From Chrysomallon squamiferum (lineage: Eukaryota; Animalia; Mollusca): a stretch of 64,000 bases of DNA. Positions within the stretch are counted from its first letter, which is position 1. Every line of letters starts with the position of its first letter. The position numbers were made by a program, and so were the translations under genes. Below are positions 45,900-61,933 of this stretch, piece after piece. The stretch is taken from assembly GCA_012295275.1 (NCBI GenBank), contig CM022670.1:35340001-35404000 (forward strand). The letters are read 5' to 3'. A model generated the notes under the pieces. It was given only the letters and a program-made list of their open reading frames with translations. It did no database searches and was not told the origin of the DNA.

Positions 45900-45972
45900 T
45901 TTTGTGTATATATATATGTATGTATGTGTGTGTATAGATATGTATGCATATATGTTTGTGTGTGTGTGTGTG

Positions 45973-46012
<40 letters not shown>

Positions 46013-46623
46013 CGTATGCATATATGTTTGTGTGAATGTATACACACACATGTACGTGGGTTTAGCTGTATATTTATAACTGCATTGACGAAAACCTTTC
46101 TGTATGTTTATTTTATTTGCATGGCATCACATCTTCTTAACAAAACACGTCTGTTTACATAATACAATATGTAGCAGGAGACACGGCTTAATGACGGAAT
46201 TTACAGAACCGACGCATTAATTCTAAAATCATCCGTCCACTAATAAACGTATTATCTCGAGTTACGTCTAAAACAACACTTGCTGATGGTGCTTTCCATT
46301 CTTGTTCCAGTGCGTGTTTAAACATTTATCAGTTCTTTCACAACTCACTGCGACGAAGTCCATTTGAACTCGATTCTATACTTGGATGTAGAATAATCAA
46401 TTAAGTTGTAGCAGGACAAACTGGTGCCAAGTACATTCAACGCTTCCAGTGTGTGTTGCCCTTTGGTATATAGAGTGTGGGTGGGAAACGTGGAAGTGAA
46501 TACAGTTACATGCGGCCATCTGGGATTTATATCATGTGTGTATGATGTCATAAGGCAGATCAGGCATTTTGTTTGTATATGCATGTGGGCGTGGGCGTGC
46601 CTCTGCGTGTACGTATATGATGG

Positions 46624-46708
<85 letters not shown>

Positions 46709-47817
46709 GTCTCTCTGTCTCTCTCTTTCTATGACGTTGTAAAGCATAACAGGCCTTAAGTTACACTTAACGTATTATTTCAGGCCTCCATTAACATATA
46801 TCTACGATGTTACGAGTCATTCCTTAATTTATAAACTGAGGAGTTTACTTCTGTCATATTTCATAAGGCAAGTCAGCCATTTGAGTTTCCTTTCGTAACG
46901 TTTAAGACAAAAATTAACCATCAAAATGGCAATAAAAACAACAACAACAAAAAAAAAAAGATAATAAAATAAGAAGGAGAAAAACAGTGTGTCAGTACAG
47001 AAAAACACTCCGCATTAAAATTTGATCTAAAGCATATCTATGACTTTGTAAGACAGGAAAGACCGTTTATAAGGTGGAAGAAAAAGTAAAATATCACGTG
47101 AAATCGGCGAGACGTCAAAAAAAGAACGTGACAATAAACCATGTTAGAACAAAAAACGTTGGTACTACTCATTTTTAAACTTACTTTTTACGTTCGTGGC
47201 AGTCATCTTTTTGTATGTATTGTAAATAAAAGGAAAACAATGGATTTTTGCTACTTAAACAAGCAGTCATTATAATTTATTATCATTACATTCCTACGTG
47301 TCATACAGTACTTAATACAGTTTTTTTTTTTTTTTTTTTTTGATTTTTAAGGAATTATTTAAGAAAAATTTCAAAGATCACCAGTGCATTTAAAACCATT
47401 TTTTAAGATTATCTCCTGCATTGGCAACATCATGTCTATCGAAATGAACTCTGTGTTTAAAAAAGATACTGAACTCAGTATCATACAAATATAGTGGTAG
47501 AGAAGAGCATAAATAATTGCATGTTTCTTTATTGCTGAGGTTGCTATAGTGGTGGCGGGCTCTTTAATTATTTATGACATCAGCTTGGTGCAGTTTAGAT
47601 AGAATTATTAATGTTTACTGTAGCAATGTGGAGCTAAGCCCCTGGAGGGTTTAAATATGTAATTATGTTTATATGTTTAGGTCTATGTTTCTGTGTGTGT
47701 GTCTCTATATGTGTATGTGTATGTATGAATGTGTTTTGTGTATCGGTATGTACGTAACTAGAAATGATTATGTATGTGTGTGTGTGGCTGTGTGTGTGCG
47801 TGTACGTGTACGTGTAC

Positions 47818-47928
<111 letters not shown>

Positions 47929-48471
47929 AACACACACACATATATACAAACGTGTGTACGTAGATTTGCACTTAACCAAATATATGAACTAATAATTTTC
48001 CTTTACTGAGATACGAAACAAAACAGCATCTCGGTGAACGTTTAGGCTCACCGTTATTGGAGACATTTATATATCTAATCAGTTTGTTGAAGCACGCCTG
48101 CTCTGGTTTTTAGTCTTGACAGACAGGTCCAAGACAGGATTCATTTCCTGCCACTGCTTAGATTTATGCTCGCATGGGCGAATCGGCATTTTCTGCCGTG
48201 CATTCAATCAAGAAGACAGAGGCTGTAAACAAACAAAGAGATCGCTCGGGTTTCATGCCGGCACCTTGGGAGACTCGCCAATCACTAATGTTAAGTGACT
48301 ATGAGAACCGCCTCGTAATTTGATTAATTACCCAGAGTTTGTTTCAAGTTAGCCGCGTACACAAAGAATTACGCGGTCTGTAAACTTATTTTAGCCTCGG
48401 CGAATTCGAGGAATTTCTGATGTTTCAGGTGCAGGCAGTTAAGAGAGAATAATCATGTCGTGTTTTTGTTT

Positions 48472-48526
<55 letters not shown>

Positions 48527-49732
48527 TTTTTTTTTTTTTTTATGTGGACTAATTAGTAACAGGAAGAGATAATAACGTCTTAATTTGTCTTGAGGTTTTT
48601 TGATTAAAGACCCGGAAAAGAATGGGTTATGGATCTTTTTCAGTGTATTTATTCTTACTATATTGAGAATTATTAACTCCATATGCGGACGTATGTATAT
48701 ATACGTCGATAAAAATTTATCATTTAATTTATTGCCAGTTTGTAATACCATTCAGACACTTATATTTTGAGATAAGTTTATGTGTAAGCTAGTTTGGACG
48801 TAAGTCTCATTCATCATAATCCCCAGCAGAAAACGACCACGAAGAAAGCATCGACGAGGAAGCCAGAGAAAGGAAACAAATCGTAACAGATCTCAGATCG
48901 ATTTGCGAATAAACGCGAATCTGTGCCGAATCAGACACGAGCACGGCGCGTCTCTTTTTATTATGCACTAAACATTCGCTTGTCCCTTCACTTATACATT
49001 CATAGGTGGACTAAATTATTCACTCACTGAATAAAGCTTTATTTTTTTCTAAAAAAAAAAAAAAAACCCCAGATGTTTCGGCAGATCAAAGAAACCATTA
49101 TGAATCGATATTTAGCAGTAGCTTCGCTCACACGACGTCAGAAATGGCCGTCAGAATGAGTGCATGTAGAGCATGAAGCTCTTTCACGTGTGTTTGAACA
49201 CAAAATCATTCTGGTGTGTGTTTCGTAAATATAAATATAAAAAAATAAATAAAATCGTCACACGTGTTCCCTCTAACTATAACCACTGCAAATTGCGTTT
49301 CACGGTCCGATGAATAACCGTTATAATGCACCATTTTTCTCTCTTTTGGCGAAGCAGAACGTGCTGGTCATGAGAGGAATTGTAATATTAGAGAGAGAGA
49401 GAGAGAGAGATTTAATAAAAACCAGTGCATTCAGCGGAGCGGGAGTTAAACGTTCCAGTGATACATATATACGTTTTACCATTGGTTTATTTCGTTCCAT
49501 GCTCCGTGTTTTCTTAATATTATCCGCGTGTTAATCGATAACCCTGGAAGTCCAGATTCGAGAACGCTGTCAGGTCTGGAATTTCCATTGATCTGCGAGT
49601 AACGTAAACTTCAGCCATTATCTGCCATCTTTCATTTATTTTCTGATCTGTAACCACTTATATTTATTTAATTACTGGTTCTAGTTTTTGTTAGCTATTT
49701 TCTTTTTTTGTAGACATCAAAATTGGATTGTA

Positions 49733-49824
<92 letters not shown>

Positions 49825-49991
49825 TTTAAAAATTGTTATCAAATACAAATTATTTTTTTGTTATGTTTCGGCCTTCTTTATTTACACATTTCAATGAAGA
49901 GGAAATCTTCCTTTCACTTCTTGTAATGGCAAAACGTAAATATCCTTTCAGAATCCCAAATAATAAACAAGTAATTCCAAGATCGTTTTTT

Positions 49992-50036
<45 letters not shown>

Positions 50037-50547
50037 ATATATATATTTATATATATGGATGGGTTTGTGTATTTGTGTGTGTGTGTGTTTAAAACGTTCT
50101 TTAAATATATATATCTGTTTGTGTGTGTGTGTGTGTGTGTGTTTGTGTGCGTGGTGCGTTATGATTATAAAAAATAGAAGGCTGGATCATTCCATCCAGT
50201 CAACAGTTGAATGCATAATTACATCTTTAGTTTTACTGACGAGTTATTAAGATACACAGAAATAGCGATATTTATAAACAGACATCCAGTGACAAGCACG
50301 CATGAACACGCATCCATACTTACGTAAAGATGCCGCTTTTGTTGCTGACGTCGTTTACATCAGTATTACGGTATTTTTCTCGTTAAATGATGGAAAATTA
50401 ATCAATGTACTTGAGTGCTGTCGTTAAATAAAACAATTACACGAGTTTAAAATCCTTTTTGTTTTTTCTTCTTTTTTTGGCGTCATAAAGATTTTGTTAT
50501 CCGTCATAAAAAAACATTATCGAATCAGTAGTTAACTGTAGTGTAAC

Positions 50548-50722
50548 GAAACCAGGAACCGTGATATAATGTTAGTATTAGAAACCAGGAACATTGTTGT
50601 AATGTTAGCAGTATTACGAACCAGGAGCAGTGATATAATGTTAGCAGTATTAAAAACCAGGAACCGTGATATAATGTGTTGCAATGAAAAGAAACCAGGA
50701 ACCATGATCAAATTTTAGCAGT
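50548..50722. repeat. Degenerate ~33-38-bp tandem repeat, 5 copies
   Basis: Recurring aaccagga(a/g)c..tgatataatgttagcagtatta. Confidence 0.85.
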
Positions 50723-51555
50723 CTTTTATTCAACTACTATTCTTACTGTTTAGATCACATTACCACTATTACTGCTTCTGCTGCTGCTGCTACTACTACT
50801 ACTATTACTACTGTTGCTACTACTACTATTACTACTAATACTACTACTGGTGCTTATACTGCCTACTTATACTGTTGCTTCTGAACCCTGTACTAGTGTT
50901 ACTGTAGACATTTGCCAGTCTTTTTGTTTCATTGTAATCAAGATAAAGATCAAATCATTTTGAATGATGAACATTTAGAATTAACATCATGATCTTTGGA
51001 AACGAATTTACAATATAAATAATTTGACTCGAGCCTTAACTCAGAACTGAATAATAATCTTTGCTGTACAGGTGAACTGTACTTTCAAAATGCAGTAATA
51101 TACATAAAGTGTTCCGTGTCTGTAGTACAGAATGTATTTGAACATCTTGGAAATCTGGTCTTCATATTATTGCTTTATCTCATAAACTATTCTTAATTTT
51201 ATCTTGTACCTTTGTTTTCATCAGCAGATTATTCCCATCTTCATTACTTTTTTTTTTCTTTCTTTCTTCCTGCGATTTCTTTTTCTGAAATAAAGCCATC
51301 AACAAGATCACTTTTATAAACGTCTCGACCCAGGGAGTTACATACCATAGCTTTTGATACCCTAGCTGAACCAGTAAATTAGCCAGTGTGAATTCTTGTA
51401 CACACATCGTCGAAAAGATTCGTTGACTGACCGAAACCGTGACCCCTGGCCCCCACTCAAAACGAGGGCCGCCATAAACGCAGAACCAGTGCATTTTTAT
51501 AAATTAACTTCGGGTTTACGTCTCTCAGATCTGAACTATTTATCTCGTCTGTAGG

Positions 51556-51699
51556 AAAATGGCCGTCGCGTGATGAAATTTCCGGAAGCTGACCTTTGAA
51601 CTTACGATTCGTTACGTTACCTCCGTGTATTGATCCGCGGCCTCTTCACTGCACCTTATCCCTTTTACTGTAGTTCGATTTTGTCGTTACCATGGCAAC
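51556..51699. promoter_or_regulatory. Dense TF-motif cluster: YY1, ETS, DR1, RFX X-box
   Basis: AAAATGGCCG 51556-51565, CCGGAAG 51582-51588, TGACCTTTGAACT 51590-51602 (AGTTCA-A-AGGTCA on minus), GTTACCATGGCAAC 51686-51699, all within a CpG-rich island. Confidence 0.5.
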
Positions 51700-52744
51700 A
51701 CTTGGGTGTCAGTCAACTTAATTCTGCGGTAATATCAGTATTGTGGACACAGCTACTAGTCCGTTTCAAACTGCACTGCGTTAGCTGTCGTGTAACTAAA
51801 CCCGAAAACAAAATGATAGGAAGTAAGAAGAAAAAAAAATTAAAAAAATGTATATATATGTGGATTTATTTATTTATTTATTTTTTCCCTTTTTCTTACT
51901 TTCTATCGTTTTGTTTGCATGTTTAGTTTTATATACATATGTATATATATATATAAATATATAAATATATATAATTTCTTTTTTAATTTTTTTTTTTAAT
52001 CTTATCAACGAGAGTTAATAATTCACGGAACAAAATTTTTGGGAACAGTATAGACCAGTGTTGTTGATAAAATTATAATACTTTAAATAAATAAATAAAT
52101 AAATAAATAAAAATATAAATAAATAAATAAATAAATAATAAAAGAAGGTGGTAGCGGGGGGCGGGGGGAGGAGGAAATCTGCAACGCAGGCCCGAGAACG
52201 AGTATGATTATTGATCGGTTTTTCCACTGTGAACCAGTCACTAGACTGGTGCTTGTCGCTACCTTAAGCCGCGAGGAATGATTCCGAGGTACTGCCTGTC
52301 ACTGAAGACGCGGTAGTGTGGAGAATATTGATCACGGTTAGGAGGTGCTAAGGCTATCAGATAGCAAAATATAAACACGGCAGAACCCATCACGAACAAA
52401 AACCTAGGTCAGCGGGTTCAGAGGGAGAACCGTTAAGCCTTGAGAATATGCTTATTATTATTTTTTTTTTTCTTTTCTTTTTTTTATTTTTTTTTATTTA
52501 TTTTTTTACGTATGTCGTCAGAGAATCCTAGTTTCTGGCAGTCTCCTGCTGCTGGTGTTGGTGTATGTTGCTCGCTAAAGACTGCTGCGATTATTTTATA
52601 AAACGAATCTGCATGGATCACTGACATTATTCTACAGTTTAAGGTTCCCAGGCGTGGATCGGGTTCAGGCGGAAATCTGTTCGCCCACAAGGAAATAGCA
52701 GTTTTTATTTTTCTTGCTGATCGTTAATATACACACAACTGGTT

Positions 52745-53095
52745 TATATATGTACGTATGTATGAATGTATATATATATGTGTGAGTATGTATATATGTG
52801 TATCTATGTATGTATGTATGTATGTATGTATATATACATACATACATACATACATACACACACATATATACGTATGTATGAATGTATGTATGTGTGTGTG
52901 TGTGTGTATATATATATACATACATACATACACACATACACACACACATATATACATATATACATATATATATGTATATATGTGTGTGTATGTATGCATG
53001 TATGTATATGTGTGTATGTGTGTGTGTATATGTATGTATGTGTGTGTATGTATGTATGTATGTATGTATGTATATATATATACACACACACATAT
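52745..53095. repeat. Compound TA/TG/CA/TATG microsatellite (representative of many)
   Basis: Direct reading. Similar tracts at ~757-880, 4752-4925, 9350-9500, 16575-16740, 45830-46050, 54400-54960, 55625-55790 and 61000-61220. Confidence 0.95.
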
Positions 53096-53465
53096 TTTTT
53101 AATTTCTGTACAGATTGTTGAATTCTAATAGGCTTAGTAAAACTGATTAAAAGCACATAATATGTTTTTAATTCTGCACTGATAAAATAAATACAACCTC
53201 ATTCACACCAGAACTTAGTTTCTCAAAATTCCGTTAGAGCGAAGTGAAAAAAAAGAGGAATTGTTAATTAGATTTTAATATACGACTATGTACGTATGAA
53301 TGCAAATATATTTTCGAATTACAGGTATTTAGATTTAAGCCTAAATATATCTCGAAATAATCGGTAATTTGGTAAAAATGAATCAAACAATCCACCACAA
53401 TATTATTCTTTAAACAATTAAGACGTTTTAATTTTAGCATTGCATTTTTGTTGTTGTTGTTGTTG

Positions 53466-53515
<50 letters not shown>

Positions 53516-53976
53516 ATTATTATTTTTTTTTTTTGTAATAAAAATGTTCTTAATATATTGTTAATTTAAACACAACAAAGTTTAATTTTTTTTTGAAAAT
53601 GTTAATTTTAACACTTCTAGCTTAAACAAAACAAAGTTTGTTTGAATTTGTTCTAGAAGACATTTAAATTTTTGCATCTTTTATTCTAGAAAATTATTAT
53701 TATAGAAAAGTTCTAATTTTAACATGTTTATCAAAGTTTCACATTTATTATAGAAAATGGTTTTTCGTTTTTTATTTTGTTTTTGTTTTTAATTTTTTTT
53801 TTTTTTTTAAATTTTGGCTTAGGTTATCTGAAACACAACAAAGTTTTAGTTATAAAATAACACAGTTTAAATTTTATTTAGAAAAAAATTTCGTTTTTCT
53901 TATAGTAAAAAAAATAAAAATTAAAAAAAAAGTATCTTTTGCATTGTAATCTAATAATCAATCAATCAAACAATCA

Positions 53977-54026
<50 letters not shown>

Positions 54027-54491
54027 AAAAAAATAAAAAAAAAATTAAGAAGGCGGCAACAACAAAATTAAGCACTTAACCCTGAACAGCAGAGATTTGC
54101 CGCTGACAACCATGTTTCAATTAGCGAGTAAAGAAAACAAACACACAATCAATAGCAGCGTCAGTGATGAGGAGTTAGAGAAAGTAACCCCGAATCTATT
54201 GACTACAGCAAGTAAATCAAGCCGCCGTGTTTACGTTGTGCGTAAGTGGAATATTATGTTTGCCGAAGTAGGCCGAATCAAATACGTGGATTATGATGCG
54301 GCGATATACAAACTATTGATCTTAATAATCAGCCAGTGATGAAATTAGATTTATGACTCGACAATTCGTTCGTTCTGCATATATTTCTGTAACACGTGTG
54401 TATGTGCATGTGTAAACACTCGCATATACACACACACATGCATATGCATATATGTATGCATGTCATTAACTCTACTGTTGACAATGATATG

Positions 54492-54548
<57 letters not shown>

Positions 54549-54802
54549 AATTTACATGTACTAATAATAATGTCTTGAATAATGGAGCATAAAATCATAT
54601 GGCAGCAAGTTTGACACAAACTTAGATATGATGTAATGATATTGTCGATGTTATTACCAAAATATACGATTATCATAATTATTTTTCTAAAATATATATA
54701 TATAGACACATGTGCATATTAATATATACATACACATTTTATATTCTGTATAAATATGTATACGTGTATGTTTGTATATGCCTTATAATCATCATACATA
54801 CA

Positions 54803-54834
<32 letters not shown>

Positions 54835-55625
54835 CACATAGAATATATACATACACACATACATACATACATGCATGCATGCATACATATATACATAGAT
54901 AAACGCATTTACAAATATACATAGAATACATACGTATTCACAAACATATACACATGCATACACACAACTAAACAAAAACGCAAGATAACACAACACTTTA
55001 CATATAAACTCAACCAAGCAAGCATTAACTGCTTCACTTCTATATTTTTTTTTTTTTACGTCCCAGTTACTTTAGAAGCTTTATAACTGGATGAATCAAT
55101 CTACTTTTTTGTTTTTATGAGTCTTTCTAGCACTGGCACATAAAAAGAAATTTCCGAGCAGGGTAAATAAAATCTACTTAGTTGTTAAACTCTGGAACGT
55201 ATATATTATCCAATTTATGTTCTTGATAAAATAATTTTTATTTGTTACTTCAAAAAAAAAAAAAAAATAAAATAAAATAAAAAATAAAAAAAAAAAAAAA
55301 ATAATGGTTAATGTAACTTACATGATAAATGCTTTGTCCCTTCCTACCCAGTTTTTATAGAATTTTTTTTTTTATTTTTTATTTTTTTGTTTTTTTTTAT
55401 TTTATTTATTTTATTTTTGGTATGTAAAAATTCCATTAACATAACTTAATTTCCAGCCAAGTACTGATGTATCAAATGTCCAGTAAAAACAACAATTCAG
55501 TGTATTTTTCACCAGTGTGGGTTACATTAAGCTTGAGAAAAAATTCATGTTCGTGTACGAGTCTTGTTGTTTATGTTTGTGGGTGTACGTATTTATACTA
55601 TTTTTATTTGCGTGTTGGTGTTTAC

Positions 55626-55656
<31 letters not shown>

Positions 55657-55662
55657 TCGATG

Positions 55663-55731
<69 letters not shown>

Positions 55732-55739
55732 ATATGTAT

Positions 55740-56030
55740 ATATGTGTGTGTGTATGTATATATATATATGTGTGTGTGTGTGTATGTACACACATATATT
55801 AACGCGTTTAAATGCATTTTTTTGGTTTTTGTTTAAATGTGTCTTTGGATGTTTATGTTCGCTGTATTCTATGTATATATGTATATATGTGCAAGTATGT
55901 GTGTGTGTGTGTATGTATATATATATATGTGTGTGTGTGTGTATGTACACACATATATTAACGCGTTTAAATGCATTTTTTTTTTTTTTTTTTTTAAATG
56001 TGCCTTTGGATGTTTATGTTCGCTGTATTA
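55740..56030. repeat. ~160-bp tandem duplication embedded in TA/TG microsatellite
   Basis: gtatgtacacacatatattaacgcgtttaaatgcattttt...aaatgtg(t/c)ctttggatgtttatgttcgctgtatt occurs twice. Confidence 0.85.
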
Positions 56031-56682
56031 CTATGTAGACATATTTTTATGTTTCTGAATGTATTTTTATGTGTTTATGTGTTTATATGTTTATATGTGT
56101 TTATATATTTATATAATGTATGCACGCGTTTTGTTTATAAACGTATTCATGGATATGTGCATAAAACCGAAAATATGTTTACGTGTATTTACGATATCGT
56201 GCCTTTTTTCCTGTATGTATTTATATGTTTATGAATATGTTTATGTATATATTATAATTGTACGTGTGGCTTTATTTTCTTTTCTTTTTTTCTGTTTTGG
56301 TGCTTATTTATGATTGTTTGAAGGGTTCAAAACAGTGAAAATGTGTTTAGGTATATATATATGTATGGGTTTATGATTCTGAGTATGTATGTATAGAAAT
56401 GTTTAGGAATGTTTGTATTTACATCTTAATATTTGTACGAACGTGATTTTATGTTGATATTTGTGTTTATGTATATGTGATTGTTTATATGTGTACGTCT
56501 TCAAGTTCTGGTGTATAAGAGTTTAACCATGTATAAAGTGAAAATGACTGTATATAATGTACATATACCTGTTTGGTTACCGTAAACAGTTTTAGCATAA
56601 ACACAATATAATTATACTTTTTTCTGTCTAAATGCTAATATATATGTATGTAGCTAGATACTTTGGAAAATTTGTATGTTAG

Positions 56683-56723
<41 letters not shown>

Positions 56724-56891
56724 GTTTCTCTATGTAATCATGCATGCTTGCGTGGTTGCGTCAAACATTAATTTTATAACCACATGTGTTTACGTTTTAT
56801 ATGTGTTGATGAATACCTCCATTTAGTTCTCTCTCTTTCTATATATATATATATCTATCTATCTTTATAACTCATCAATAATTACTATCGC

Positions 56892-56905
56892 GTTACCATG
56901 ACAAC
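56892..56905. promoter_or_regulatory. RFX X-box at the start of a CpG-rich island
   Basis: GTTACCATGACAAC matches the GTHNYYATRRNAAC consensus. Confidence 0.45.
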
Positions 56906-58899
56906 TGGCATAAACACAGCGATGACCAGCACTTTTCGGTGTGGTGTGCACGGCGACGTGCTTGTAACAGTTTATACAGCAACGGCACACACTGGAATCG
57001 GTTTCGGCCTCGGTCTGGCTGTTTCGGGCGAATCGAGGTCGAGCGAGGTCCCGATCGATTCTTGGACGTTAACCCCCGAAACACGCCGTCTGAGGAAATC
57101 GTTAGTCAATGGGAAGAGCTCAATAAAAGCAATCAATAGCGCGGACACACTCCCGGCAACTTTCATAAAACCTATAGATTTACCGTTAATGTTTTTCTTC
57201 ATAGTGATGCGGTTGCCCCGAAGGTGTTACTTATTATTATTATTATTTTTTTTTTTTTTTCTCCTTTGATGATGAGAGCGTCTCTCTCTGTTTCAACTTT
57301 TTGTTTCGTTTCGTCAGCGTTTTTGTCGATAATGTGTGACAGTTTTCAACTGGTTGTCTTGTTTGTCCACTTTTGCTTGCATCTCTCTACGTATTTTATA
57401 TTTGTGTTTGTTTACGTTATATTCTGCCTGTAGTTATTTTTGAACTGTATGGTTGGTGTGGGAGGGGGGCATGTAGGGGTGTGTGTGCGTGTGCGTGCGT
57501 ACGTGTTTATATATGTATATGTCTATGAAATATTGTATTATATGTTTATATGTTTAGTAATGTATTTACTACACACATGTATAAACATTAACTACGTACC
57601 TATCCATATTTAAACATAACAATTACCGAAATAAACAGGTTAAAAAGTAAACGACTTTATATTCCACATTTAACACATGAGTCTCTGCAACCTTTATTTT
57701 TATTTATTTTTTTTTAATTTTTATTTTTTTTTTTTGGAGAGGGGGACACATGGATTAGATATTAAAATATACATGCAACGTCCATCAGACTTTAATTTCA
57801 CAGCGACGACAAAGGCAACGACGAAACGTCGATACGATTTTCTGCACGGCAGCGTTTCCCCAAAGGTCGGCCTGATTTTGTCAGAAGGTCGGCGTTTCAT
57901 CCGGGTGAGCTTGAATTACGTGAAGTAATGGAAACGGTTTCTTACCATTAATGAAACGTACACCGTGATTACGGACAAGGACGAACAGGAGCTGAATTTG
58001 ATGGCGGTACATACAAGATCTTAATCGATGTAGCCCTTGAAACGTGGTTTTACAACCCCAACACAATTCTCCTTGTTTAGTTTGACTTTTGTGTGTGTGT
58101 GTGTGTGTATGTGTGTGTATGTGTGTGTGTAAGTGTGTGTGTTTCTTTCGATACTTAATTACATATCTATTAAAACTAAAGGAATTGTAACAACATCACC
58201 AACAACAATAATGATAAAAACTGATACTACGGTTAGAAATCACAACAGTAAGAACAACTGTTACTGCTACAACAAACACTACGAATTATTAGAAATTAAT
58301 TTATACATAAAAAAAAATGATTAAATATTTCCGTGAAAAGCCTTAAAGCGGTCTGTGAGAAATAAGATACTGGTATACTGTGTAAAACACATCGTACTCA
58401 CTGACTTAGCCACCAAACAAAAGTTAAAAAAAACTACATGTTCCAGAATGATCGAAATTACTCGTAATCGGAGAATTCCCGAATGTTCCCGATGATAATA
58501 ATCAATAGTTACAAACTACCTAGCTTTACAGGAGCCTCTCGCGTATTCTTCTATCTCTCTCTTTCGTTTTGTCTTTCTACCTGTGCTTCTTTCTTTCTTT
58601 CCTTGCGTTTGTTCGATTATTTATCTGGCTGTTTCTTGCCGACTGATTTGTCTTTTTACCTGTGTATATTTTATTATTTTTATTTTTTATTCTTTCTGTA
58701 TCTCTCTACCTATAGTGTTCTTTCTGTTTATGTGTACGCCTTTGTCTTCCTGTCTGTCTCTTTATAAAACTACTTTTTAATTAGTACTTTCATTACTGAC
58801 ATTACTAATACTGAAACCACCATTACAGTAATAATAAAAAAGTACTACTACAATGCCTATTACTACTAGAATATCAAACTCTGAGGGTGTGTGTGTGTG

Positions 58900-58946
<47 letters not shown>

Positions 58947-59077
58947 TAAAACGTTCTTGGAATTACTTCTTTATTATTTGGGATTCTGAAAGGATGTTTA
59001 CATGTTAATAAATCCCCATTTGAAGAAATGAAACGAAGATTTCCTCTTCAATTCAGTGTGTAAATAAAGAAGATGGA

Positions 59078-59182
<105 letters not shown>

Positions 59183-59436
59183 AAATGATATATTGTAGTA
59201 CTCATTACTTGAACAGAAACGATTTGATGTTAATCATACAGATTAACAAACGTATTTTAAATAAGCCATAAGTCCAGATGTTACATTATCTTTTGATATA
59301 AATATATAAATATATCCCTATCAGTTTACAGTATAGATTTTAGGGTGATGTATTTTTTTAAACAGTTTTGTTGCCTGATTAATATATTAATGTGTTAGCT
59401 GACCAGTGTCAAAAGTACAACAGTATGAAAAGACAT

Positions 59437-59538
<102 letters not shown>

Positions 59539-60346
59539 ATTTCGGTTTTCTTTATACGAGTGCGTGTGTGTGTTAAAGTATGTAATTATTACTGAAAATA
59601 ATTATATTACAAGTCCGTAACATAAATCATACAATTATTTTGAGACATAACAAAAGAAAATAACATAAGTATATGAATTACGTACATATGACGTAATATT
59701 AAATTCAACCATTAATTAATGTGGTCGTTTTCATCATTAGTATACGCTGTTTGTTTTTGTTTCTTTTGTCTCGTTTTATGCACCGTTTTTTTTTACAGTT
59801 GTCCGAATTCGTAGAAATACTATCAAAGCACGATAAAGCTCACAAATAGCAATTGTCGATATTTCCGATAGTGTTTGCCAAATGTCAAATAGGTCGATGC
59901 TATTTTCTAGGTCAGTGACGTCATTAGTGGTACATTTTTACTTACACAAATAAATCATAATTCATTTTGCTGAAAAGTGTGCTGTTATTAATCATATTAT
60001 GGTGTTAAAATTCCGATTATGTAGATAGATTTGAGACATTAAGACGCTCTACTGTGTGGTATATTTTTGTTGTTGTTGTTGTTGTTATTATTATTATTAA
60101 TTTTATTAGTTGAGTTTAACTTCTGAACTCATTTTACAGCGTAGAAAGATTTATTAGTTGTGTAGATGTATTCATGCGCCTGTCCTTATCGAATTTTCAA
60201 AATTTTATTTAAGGAGCTTTTTCTATAGGAAAAAAAAAGTATATATATATATATATTATTATCTATTTTGAATATTGTAACATATCATGAATTATTTATC
60301 CTAGAAATATTATTGTTTTAAGAAGAAAAGAGGCGTCTACTGAAAA

Positions 60347-60382
<36 letters not shown>

Positions 60383-61667
60383 TGAGGAGGACTCTTGTAG
60401 TTGTTCTTTTTGTTGTTGTTTTTTTCCTACTCTTGTTAATTAATTTTCACGCTTATATTATACATTATCGAATTGCTGTCGACCAGTGATTACATTTCCA
60501 CAAGTTTACTGATATCTTTTCTCTGAAAGTAGACGCTATAACCACAGAGATTCATGGATTCCGGATATCAAGGACGTTAAGATTGAGTTCTAACAACTTT
60601 GAATAATTTTATTAAAATAGTTATGTCAGAATTTGTCACATCTAGCACGATTTGCTTGATAAATCCTGCAGACATCATTTTACGTTTTCTCACCTTGCAA
60701 AGCCTTTGTATCCCTGTTTTGTTCACTTTGAATATCAAAATCCATTTGTTTGTACCTTTATGTTAAACCTGAATTGACATTTTTTTTCCGAATGTTTTTG
60801 CATGCTACGCATTCAGTAATTTGTTTATTTACAAGTTACATTAACCCGATTAGGCTGAAAAAAAATTTGTTGTCTGTTTTAAAATTAGCGCCTTTGAAAC
60901 TAAAGAAGAAAAGTGGAAGAGAAAATGGAAGTAAAAAATGAACCTCTAGGTAATTGGGAAAAGAAATTACGTTGGCGAAGAATAGGGGACATGTAGGACA
61001 TATACATATATATACATACATACATACACACAGACACACACATACACACATACATACTTATACATACACACACACACATAAATCATACATACTTATACAT
61101 AGTCATATACATACACATATACATATACACACACGTGCACACATACATACATATATACATATATAAGTACATACACACATACATACATATATACATACAC
61201 ACACACACATATGTATACAAAATTATATAGACATATAGACACGCAAAACAAATAAGAAAACAAATATGAATTATTTATACTTTGCTTATCACATCTAACT
61301 TTTGAACATCAACACAAAAAAATCTCCAACCCCCCCATTATGCCATTATCAACCAACAGCTTCTACAACTGCATGCTAACAGCATCATCTACACCAGCAG
61401 CAGCAACAACATCTAGCGCTACACAAGCATAATTGTTGTGTACACGGTCTAGCAAGCGTGACAAGTAAATATGGATTTCTGTAGTAGGATTCTCCGCGAT
61501 TAAGTAGATCTCCAGTGTAATATAGAGTTTCCAAGTCTATATTCGTCGCTGCAATTACTGTACTGCGTTCTTTTACTTAATGGAAAACTCTATTATTGAA
61601 TTTCTTCACGGATGACCTTTCTAATATATCCTATTATTTTTATTTATATATATAGTTTTTTTTAATT

Positions 61668-61789
61668 AGACAGGTTTTTATTCTCTCCTGGATTTTGTTT
61701 TTTTTTTTTTTTTTTCTTTCTTTCTTTCTTTCTAAATTTATTAGACGGGTTTTTATTCTCTCCTGGATTTTGTTTTTTTTATTTATTTT

Positions 61790-61820
<31 letters not shown>

Positions 61821-61835
61821 AAATTTTTACGGGTT
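61668..61835. repeat. ~75-bp tandem duplication with (CTTT)n
   Basis: agac(a/g)ggtttttattctctcctggattttgtttttt occurs twice, plus a partial third copy. Confidence 0.75.
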
Positions 61836-61852
61836 TTTTTATTTGATTTTTT

Positions 61853-61884
<32 letters not shown>

Positions 61885-61888
61885 TATT

Positions 61889-61933
<45 letters not shown>

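Noticed and set aside
52233-52250. Hairpin ACCAGTC-acta-GACTGGT
   Set aside because: A 7-bp stem is expected by chance in 64 kb.
56898-57269. 123-aa ORF with ATG
   Set aside because: No recognisable domain or codon bias, runs into microsatellite, and its ATG is the centre of an X-box.
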